Source: an uncultured bacterium (GTDB lineage: Bacteria; Bacillota_I; Bacilli_A; RFN20; CAG-826). Taken from it: a stretch of 55,663 nucleotides of DNA. The notes beneath the pieces are model-generated. The model was not told the origin of the DNA, did no database searches, and worked only from the letters and a program-made list of their open reading frames with translations. Of the stretch, positions 48,787 through 55,663 are shown one piece after another. The position numbers were made by a program, and so were the translations under genes. The stretch covers positions 1 to 55,663 of the forward strand of contig CASDYZ010000032.1 in assembly GCA_949285325.1 (NCBI GenBank). Direction: 5' to 3'. How positions within the stretch are numbered: position 1 is the stretch's first letter; each line of letters opens with the position of its first letter.

Positions 48787-49698
48787 TTATTTTAGTCCGG
48801 TAAAACTAACTCCTTCCACGATGTATTTTTGGGCAAAAATATAGACGAGTGCGATAGGTATAGTTGAAAAAGTCAAAGACGCCATTACGACTCCAATATC
48901 TTTAGGAGAAGCAGTATTGACTAACTGTAAGAATACTTGTAGAGGTTGAAAGGCTGGGTTAGGGAACATAAATTGTGCAAAGATATATTCATTCCACTGC
49001 CCCATGAAAGTAAATATTGCTACGGTTGCAAAAATTGGTTTTGAAAGTGGGACTATCATCCTAAAAAACACTCCGACTCTCGAACATCCATCAATTCTCG
49101 CAGCTTCTTCAATCTCGATAGGCATTCCTAAAAAATATTGTCTAAACATATAAGTGTAAAATAAGGAAGCAAAACCTGGTAAAAGATAACCAATGACACT
49201 GACTGGTTCAGTGAGTAAACCTAAATAATACAAAATTAAATATGTCGGGACGATACTAGTTTCAACCGGGATAATCATCAACAATAAAATGATGGTTGTC
49301 ATCGCCTTATTGCCTGGGAATTTAAATCTAGCAAGTGCATATCCCGCTAAAGAATTTATAATTAATACCATAACAATTGTCACCGTGCAGTAGACAATTG
49401 AATTTAAAATAGAACGTCCAAAATATTCAAAAGTATCAAATAACTTAATATAGGATACAAACCATTCACTTATGTTCCATGAAGGTGGTAAAAATGTAAA
49501 GATGCTATTCATTTGAGCATACACTTGCTCGTCTGTCTTAAATGAATTTGATACCATCCAAACAATAGGGAAGAGGAAAATGAACACTAAAAAAGCACAT
49601 AGAAAAGCAATAGATATTTTTATCAACAATTTAGATATTGATATTTTCTTTTTTGGTTTATGTAAAGAATATATGCGGTTAGTATTGATGCTTTTCAT
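48787..49698 (-). CDS. carbohydrate ABC permease (MalG-like)
   Basis: EAA loop IEEAARIDGC; AGYALAR and FMGQWNEY motifs. Confidence 0.93.
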   Translation of the reverse strand: MKSINTNRIYSLHKPKKKISISKLLIKISIAFLCAFLVFIFLFPIVWMVSNSFKTDEQVYAQMNSIFTFLPPSWNISEWFVSYIKLFDTFEYFGRSILNSIVYCTVTIVMVLIINSLAGYALARFKFPGNKAMTTIILLLMIIPVETSIVPTYLILYYLGLLTEPVSVIGYLLPGFASLFYTYMFRQYFLGMPIEIEEAARIDGCSRVGVFFRMIVPLSKPIFATVAIFTFMGQWNEYIFAQFMFPNPAFQPLQVFLQLVNTASPKDIGVVMASLTFSTIPIALVYIFAQKYIVEGVSFTGLK

Positions 49699-49700
49699 AA

Positions 49701-50636
49701 TTATGCTTGGTTATCTCCTCCTAATACTTTTCTTAAAGTGAGTGATATTGTCGCGATAATAAAGGTATAGAGTAAGGCGATCGCACTCGAATAACCAACG
49801 TCGCGGTATTCGACACCAGTTTTATAAATGTAAAAGGACATAGTCATAGTCGAACCAAGTGGTCCACCATCAGTCATAATCATCGGTTGAATGCAAATTC
49901 TAAAAGCACCGATAAGCATAGTTATAAAAACAAATACGAGAGTTGGCTTAATTGAAGGGAGGGTGACGTGGATAAATTGTTGCCACTTATTTGCCCTGTC
50001 GATAGAAGCGGCCTCATACATATCTTTAGATATATTTTTCAGCCCACTTAAAATGATGAGCATCTGATATCCTGCACCTTGCCAAGCAGATATAAATATG
50101 ATGCACGGCATAGCTTGATTAGGATCTTCTAAAAAGAGCGCGGGATTTGCCCCTAGTGCGAGTAAAAATGTATTTATAAGTCCTTCTTGAGAATTTAACA
50201 AATTCATCCAAAGCATTGAGGTGACCGCTAAAGAGAGCATAACCGGGACAAAAAATGCCCAACGCAAGAAAGTGTTGAAACGCTTGACGTGATTTAAAAG
50301 AAGTGCGAGTCCTAATGCAGTGCCAAATTGAAGAGGCATGACACCTAAGACAAATATCAAAGTGTTTTTAAGTGCGTTTCTAATTTCTACGTCTTCAAAA
50401 GCTCTTAAAAAATTATCAAAACCGATAAAATTAACTCTATCGAGTCTTAGCATATTCGCGTCAGTAAATGCATAAGTTAATGATATAAATATTGGTAAGA
50501 AAACAAAAATTGCCGCCAGAACGAAACACGGTAGGAGAAAAAGTATACCAGTTACTGCTTCTTTAGTATTGTATTCACTCTTACCAAATGTGAAGTGTGT
50601 TTTCTTTTTTCTAGCGACAATATTGTTAATTTTCAT
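49701..50636 (-). CDS. carbohydrate ABC permease (MalF-like)
   Basis: FIGFDNF, EAA loop MYEAASIDRA and MTDGGP motifs. Confidence 0.93.
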   Translation of the reverse strand: MKINNIVARKKKTHFTFGKSEYNTKEAVTGILFLLPCFVLAAIFVFLPIFISLTYAFTDANMLRLDRVNFIGFDNFLRAFEDVEIRNALKNTLIFVLGVMPLQFGTALGLALLLNHVKRFNTFLRWAFFVPVMLSLAVTSMLWMNLLNSQEGLINTFLLALGANPALFLEDPNQAMPCIIFISAWQGAGYQMLIILSGLKNISKDMYEAASIDRANKWQQFIHVTLPSIKPTLVFVFITMLIGAFRICIQPMIMTDGGPLGSTMTMSFYIYKTGVEYRDVGYSSAIALLYTFIIATISLTLRKVLGGDNQA

Positions 50637-50639
50637 ATT

Positions 50640-51983
50640 TTATGCTCTGGCGGCATCCACTCTTTCCATTTGTTCTCTAATTTGATTTTCTAAATCGTAA
50701 TTAGACACTAAATTCATGTTTTTGATGTAATTTAAAACTTCTCCATACGCATCTTTTAAAACTGGATATTTAACCATTTGAGGACGTGTATATTGATTAG
50801 ATACGAGATATGAAGCGAGGTCTTGTTCTGGACCACTTTTAAATTCTTCCATAGTATCTAAAAGATTTTTATTAGTTGGGAATGTACCAATCGCGTCATA
50901 CATCATCTTTGATGCAGTCTCGCCAGTTAAATATGTAAGTACGATTGTTGACGCTTCAATATTTTTGCTATCGTTAGTGATACCAAATCCATACGAACCA
51001 CAAGGTGAAGCGACAATATCGCTTTTATTTCCGCTTTCATCTTCATAGACAGGATATGGCATAATTCCATAATTATCTTTAAATGCTGAATCAGATTTTT
51101 TAATTTCTCTCGCATCCCATGGACCATGGATTTGGAAAGGAATTAATTCTTGGGCAAAAGCATTTTCGTTCGTGCCGTTATATACCCAAGATTCACTACC
51201 TGTTAATCCTTCGTTTGAATAAAACATTTCAAGTTGGGCGATGCCTGATATTGCTTCTTGAGTAGTAAGGGCTTCTGTGACGTGATCATCTGTACCAAAA
51301 TTTGCCCCTGCAGAATATACTAGTCCAGAATAAAGATACATATTACCATCAGTACCAAAATTTTGATTTAATGCGATTTGATATTCTAAGCCGGCGTCTT
51401 TCAATACTTGTTGAGCAGTATGAACATCTTTCCAAGACCAAGGATTTTCTAAAGTACCAAAGTCTTCTTCAGTATAGCCAACTTGCTTTAATAAATTTTT
51501 GTTGTAATAAAGTCCGCCTGGAGCTTCCATTCCAGAAAGGAAATACATTTTACCATCGATCGTACCTTGTTTGATAACGCTGTCGACATAGGTGTTTTTA
51601 ACTTCATCACTTAAATATTCATCAAAAGACACAATAATATCGTTGTAAACTTTTGCGGCGACATCACTAGAGTCAACCGCGACGATATCTGGAAGTGAAT
51701 TAGTCATAATTGAGGCATTAATTTTATCTTCTAAAGTCGTACCCCAAAACGACATGGATATGCGAAGTTGAGTGCCATCGCTTGTCGTATAACCGGCGTT
51801 GTTGAAGTTGGTTTGAAGTTGCTTATATATTTTACCTTCATCTTCTGTTTCATTTTTATGAACCCAAACAGTGACGATTTTAACTCCATCTTCTTCACTT
51901 GGTTCTCCACCTCCACATGATGTAAAAACAAATGCACTTGTCAAAACAAGAGACATTAAAATTGGTAGTTTAAATTTTCTCAT
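50640..51983 (-). CDS. carbohydrate ABC solute-binding lipoprotein
   Basis: Lipobox FTSC; LPDI, LYYNKNLL and HGPW motifs of family 1 solute-binding proteins. Confidence 0.9.
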   Translation of the reverse strand: MRKFKLPILMSLVLTSAFVFTSCGGGEPSEEDGVKIVTVWVHKNETEDEGKIYKQLQTNFNNAGYTTSDGTQLRISMSFWGTTLEDKINASIMTNSLPDIVAVDSSDVAAKVYNDIIVSFDEYLSDEVKNTYVDSVIKQGTIDGKMYFLSGMEAPGGLYYNKNLLKQVGYTEEDFGTLENPWSWKDVHTAQQVLKDAGLEYQIALNQNFGTDGNMYLYSGLVYSAGANFGTDDHVTEALTTQEAISGIAQLEMFYSNEGLTGSESWVYNGTNENAFAQELIPFQIHGPWDAREIKKSDSAFKDNYGIMPYPVYEDESGNKSDIVASPCGSYGFGITNDSKNIEASTIVLTYLTGETASKMMYDAIGTFPTNKNLLDTMEEFKSGPEQDLASYLVSNQYTRPQMVKYPVLKDAYGEVLNYIKNMNLVSNYDLENQIREQMERVDAARA

Positions 51984-51998
51984 AACTTATTCTCCTTG

Positions 51999-52012
51999 TG
52001 GGAACGATACCA
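51999..52012. promoter_or_regulatory. LacI/cre-type operator upstream of the fructan locus
   Basis: TGGGAACGATACCA pseudo-palindrome with central CG, between the promoter and the AAGGAG RBS. Confidence 0.65.
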
Positions 52013-52017
52013 TATAT

Positions 52018-52045
52018 ATAATACAACCACTATAAAATATGTCAA
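52018..52045 (-). promoter_or_regulatory. promoter of the fructan locus
   Basis: TTGACA-16 nt-TATTAT on the minus strand. Confidence 0.6.
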
Positions 52046-52783
52046 CATTTTTTGTTTATTTACTGTCAAAATTTGTTATTTAAAAATTATTTATTTTTAT
52101 TTGTTGTAAATATATCGATATTTTAATGATAGATTTCATATAAAAGCGACTATCAAATAAAAAATAAATTATCAATTTTTAATATCTCTTTTCTCGTTGT
52201 AAAGATATTATCCTTAAATGCTTATAGAAGATAAATAATCAAATAGTTTCTTGATTTTGTTATTTTTAATGTATCGCTCAAATATTTAAAAATATTCTTC
52301 CTCTACTATATTTAGTATTTTTTCTTTATCTTGTTTAATTATACTTTTTGGAAGATAACTACCGTCTTACCACTAAATTATTTTCTAAAAATGTGTTACA
52401 AAGTTAAAATTATTTTCAGTTTGTAACACTTATTTGAATGAATATAGTGTTATTTATCATATAAAAAGAGACGTCTTGATTTTAAATCAAGAGGTGTTTT
52501 CATTATGATTTACAATTAATGAATGATTCGTAACATTTATTTTTTCTTCAAGTATCACTAGTTAAAACGCTTTTCAAATTATTTTCTATATTTAATAGAT
52601 ATTGTTCATTTTGTAACTATAGAATGCCTTGTAATTGTAAACACTATTCTTGTAATGGTTGTTCTAAAAAATCAGAGGATTTGATCACCATTACAAGATG
52701 CAATTCTCAAAAGCCATTAATTATCAGCATAAAAAGAAAAAGCCTAGACATCCATAGAGGTATACTAAGCATAATCTACATAA

Positions 52784-52869
52784 TGGTGCCCGAGGCCGGA
52801 CTTGAACCGGCATGGTTATTCACCGATGGATTTTGAGTCCATTGCGTCTACCAATTTCACCACTCGGGC
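52784..52869 (-). tRNA. tRNA-Leu (anticodon CAA)
   Basis: GCCCGAG/CTCGGGC acceptor stem + ACCA, anticodon arm ATGGA-CTCAAAA-TCCAT, long variable arm, GGTTCAAGTCC T arm. Confidence 0.96.
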
Positions 52870-52878
52870 GTCTAAGAT

Positions 52879-52907
52879 ATTTTAAATACACAAATAACAT
52901 TTATCAA
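52879..52907 (-). promoter_or_regulatory. tRNA promoter
   Basis: TTGATA-17 nt-TAAAAT directly upstream of the tRNA. Confidence 0.6.
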
Positions 52908-53417
52908 TATATAAAAAATTTTAATTATTGTTATTAGATAAAATCATTACTACCACTATTTTGAAGCGTGCTATATAAGCATTTTGTTGTTCCCACTATG
53001 TCATATAATTTGTCTTTACTAACTACACTTCACTTAATAAAACCACTATCAATCAACTATTTTAAATGTTGATTATGATATATTTATTTTTTAATTCCAA
53101 AATAGTTATATATATTTTTCTAATTTCAATAAAATCCTACCACCCATTTTTTTATCTTTATATTAAGATAAATTACTTATATTGTATCGATACATTTGTG
53201 TTCTAATGCAAATTTTTGCCCAAAATGACATTTTTTTGCATTACATCAATTTTTAAATTTAACACTATTTCTATTGTAATTTTATTGTTAGAGACACTAA
53301 ACTCGTCTCAAAATTTTAAGAATATTAAAAATCAAGTGATTCCTTTCTATCGTATAGCAAAATTTCAAAATCATGTGTTAATACCAATTTTAAAAATTTG
53401 TCTATTTAAGTTAATTT

Positions 53418-53638
53418 TTAATAAAAAGTTTGGTAATTTTCACTTAAAGATAACTCTTCCTCATTTTCTGTGAAATTATACAAAACTAATATTTCAGGAT
53501 CATATAAACCATCAGCCTCAATTTGATCTGGAATACCTGTATCCGCTAATTTTTGTTCGCTTGACGGAAATGTGTTGTTAAGCCCTAGAGCCTCAAACGC
53601 GAAAATGCTTACTAGTAAGATTGTCTTAAAAAACATAT
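53418..53638 (-). pseudogene. probable truncated secreted protein remnant
   Basis: AGGGGAG RBS and a signal-peptide-like MFFKTILLVSIFAFEALG, but it stops early and the downstream frames are broken. Confidence 0.35.
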
Positions 53639-53714
53639 GCACTCCCCTTTTCAAATAATAATAATATCTCGTCTAAGCTATCATAAACTGAGCTAATGGT
53701 CGAAGTATTGATAA

Positions 53715-54047
53715 CTATCTCCCCAATTCCATTACAAGATCATTACACATTAGTTGTAAATTAGAAACGTTTGTCGCTTGTAGTCTATCCCACTCTCCAC
53801 TAAAAGATAAATTTAATGCATTAACCTTATCGGCGAATTCATTTATATTATGAAGGTTCAAGTCAATTGAAAACTCATCGCTATGTATTTCAACAGTCAT
53901 CCTTTGACGCGGAAATACCAAATCGTATCGTTTATTGTTAGCATCCTCCAAATCGATTCCCTCAGATTTAAAACAATAAGTAACATTAAACTTATCACTA
54001 TCAACTACTGGAGTCCAATATCGTTGATAATTATTAGTTTTAAACAC
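53715..54047 (-). CDS. hypothetical protein or gene fragment
   Basis: 110 aa ORF with protein-like composition but no RBS or recognisable motif. Confidence 0.3.
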   Translation of the reverse strand: MFKTNNYQRYWTPVVDSDKFNVTYCFKSEGIDLEDANNKRYDLVFPRQRMTVEIHSDEFSIDLNLHNINEFADKVNALNLSFSGEWDRLQATNVSNLQLMCNDLVMELGR

Positions 54048-54505
54048 ACTATAAAAATTAGAATATTCATTGAATGATTCAAAAAAATATATGCCAACAA
54101 CTTTGCTACACCTTCATTTTTGAAAATATATATTTGATAAGTAGAATATTCTAATAATCCAGGAAAGCAATAATCCATCGCGATAGAACAAAACACAAAC
54201 TTAAATACTTCTAAATCATTTGGTCCGTCTCCAAAATAGATTACTTATTCAAGTTTGAAACCTAGATAATCAACCAGAGCCTGTATAGCACTAATCCTTG
54301 AGCATCCTTTATTCTGCAAGCTTACTGTTTTAGTTGTTTCCCAATAGTAAACATCAAAATTCATTTTTAATCTTTCTAGTTCTACTTTTTCTATGTCAAA
54401 TAAAACTAGGTTATAAAATTTTGAAGTAGCACCTTTGCTTTGAGCAATAAACCCATTTTTCAGCGCTTTTTCTTTTGCTTTATCACTGTTAATAATTTTG
54501 TAAAA
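54005..54505 (-). pseudogene. Cof-type HAD hydrolase C-terminal remnant
   Basis: KGCSRISAIQALVDYLGFKLE*VIYFGDGPNDLEVF...SIAM...NEGVAK with HAD motif GDGxND; in-frame TAA at 54245-54247; N-terminal DxD motif missing. Confidence 0.75.
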
Positions 54506-54586
54506 AAAATAACCTATAATGCTTACAAATTATAGATGTTCGTCAGAAATGGCACTCAACCTACATATTAATACTTTCGACACCTC

Positions 54587-54630
54587 AAAAATAAAGGGTG
54601 TTGTTTTTATTTGTTTATTGCAACACCTCT
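54587..54630 (-). terminator. probable terminator after the fic gene
   Basis: GGTGTTG/CAACACC stem followed by a T-rich tract on the minus strand. Confidence 0.45.
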
Positions 54631-54663
54631 AGAGTTCGAAACCGACACGCTATAAAATTTTTG

Positions 54664-55593
54664 TTATATACGAGCATTTAATAAAAACAGGTATTCATTT
54701 TCTGATTCTTCAACAAGATTTTTAATAATTTCAATAAAATCAGAATAGTCATAAGTTGTATGTGCTTTATCTAAAGCATCATAGTATTCAACTCTATCTT
54801 CGTTTTTAATTATAACAGGCGGATATCCATTTTTTATTAACTCAAAATTAAGTAAGAGTCTTGCAGTTCTTCCGTTTCCATCTACAAAAGGGTGTATTTT
54901 TACAAACTCACCATGAAGATAACATGCTCTTACGATAGGGTGTAAATTACTCCACTTTTTATAATTTTCTATTAATTTTTGCATTTCAAAAGGTACATTA
55001 ATATAGTTAGGAGGTATGTGTTTCGCACCACTAATAAAAACATTTTCTTGACGATATTTACCAGCGTTAACAGAATCAATTTCTTTTAATATTAAGTGAT
55101 GAATAGATTTAATGTTATATTCAGTTAAAACACAATCTTTTCGAACAAGTTCTTCAATAAAGTCGATTGCTTCCTTGTGATTTATGGTTTCCAAGTGATC
55201 CTTTAATGGCTTGCCTTTAATTGCAATTCCATTTTCTAAAACCACTTTTGTCTCAGAAAGAGTTAAATTATTACCTTCAATTGCATTTGAATTATAAGTC
55301 CACTCAACAACTAATTTATTTTTGAGTTGCTTGTTCATCAAATTTGAAAATGGTCTAAATGTATCTATCAATTCTTTCTTTTTATCAACTGGTTTAAAAT
55401 CGATTGAATTATAAAATATATTTTCTTTAACTTTATATCTTTTATCAATAGGCTTTGTTGCCTCTACTGGTATCAACCAAGTTTTGCTAACTTTTATTGC
55501 ACCTTCAATTCTACCTTCCGAACACAAAGCTCTGATTCTTCTTTCATTGATTCCCCACTTTTCTACAAAATATAAGATATTTTTTAATTCCAA
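54664..55593 (-). CDS. Fic-domain protein (class II) with N-terminal HTH
   Basis: HPFVDGNGRTAR Fic motif, SNAIEG inhibitory motif, N-terminal WGINERRIRALCSEGRIEGA...WLIP; TTG start behind AGGAGGTG. Confidence 0.9.
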   Translation of the reverse strand: MELKNILYFVEKWGINERRIRALCSEGRIEGAIKVSKTWLIPVEATKPIDKRYKVKENIFYNSIDFKPVDKKKELIDTFRPFSNLMNKQLKNKLVVEWTYNSNAIEGNNLTLSETKVVLENGIAIKGKPLKDHLETINHKEAIDFIEELVRKDCVLTEYNIKSIHHLILKEIDSVNAGKYRQENVFISGAKHIPPNYINVPFEMQKLIENYKKWSNLHPIVRACYLHGEFVKIHPFVDGNGRTARLLLNFELIKNGYPPVIIKNEDRVEYYDALDKAHTTYDYSDFIEIIKNLVEESENEYLFLLNARI

Positions 55594-55631
55594 ATAAATC
55601 ACCTCCTTTATTCTGATATCGGCACAATATT

Positions 55632-55660
55632 ATTGTAAAGAAATTGCTATTGTAAGTCAA
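55632..55660 (-). promoter_or_regulatory. promoter of HTH-Fic gene
   Basis: TTGACT-17 nt-TACAAT. Confidence 0.6.
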
Positions 55661-55663
55661 CAC

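Noticed and set aside
1783-51937. Numerous short ORF-track entries antisense to or nested in long genes (e.g. 1783-2001, 6822-7106, 27193-27564, 42694-43059, 51302-51574)
   Set aside because: Shadow frames of well-supported genes, without RBS or motifs
52624-52836. 70-aa Cys-rich ORF on the plus strand
   Set aside because: Runs antisense into tRNA-Leu (MVPEAGLEPA is a typical tRNA shadow translation); no RBS
1-55663. Alternative genetic code (TGA=Trp, or TAA readthrough) suggested by Mollicute-like composition and the gpsA stop
   Set aside because: Trp is encoded by TGG, TGA ends der and the GT4 gene at expected positions, and TAA is the common stop
1-55663. CRISPR array, cas genes, IS/transposase, integrase, rRNA
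   Set aside because: No regularly spaced repeats or recognisable motifs seen

Overview
AT-rich chromosomal segment of a low-GC, probably genome-reduced Bacillota member using the standard genetic code. Gene content resembles uncultured gut Bacilli such as RF39/RFN20, which is an inference. 1-22.5 kb is housekeeping: hup-gpsA-der-cmk, ferredoxin, FMN riboswitch + ribU, a sufCDSUB-mnmG-rsmG-parA-parB run, two very large acidic lipoproteins at the prsA position, hit, yhaM, recX and a glycolipid synthase/flippase pair. 22.6-34 kb is a patchwork of accessory genes: guanine deaminase + NCS2 permease, TetR-controlled flavoproteins with a RibD-like pseudogene, NmrA, GT-C, DegV + stand-alone FakA middle domain, ferritin and MATE. 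34-52 kb is the most interesting part, a 12-gene co-oriented fructan utilisation locus. It has an ABC importer, three GH32 enzymes (one LamG-GH32 lipoprotein with the WMNEPH/VWELP signature I associate with cycloinulo-oligosaccharide fructanotransferases), two non-catalytic surface proteins built from repeated CBM38-like modules, LacI, fructokinase, a YesL-like protein and a MalK ATPase with a triplicated C-terminal domain. It lies downstream of tRNA-Leu(CAA); on the other side of the tRNA are decayed genes and an HTH-Fic gene. Other oddities are an in-frame stop in gpsA, a ParB lacking the GERR CTP-binding motif, a split/degenerate parvulin pair, and an orphan ~125-nt structured RNA with its own promoter and terminator. 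All family calls come from motif recognition by eye; no searches were run.
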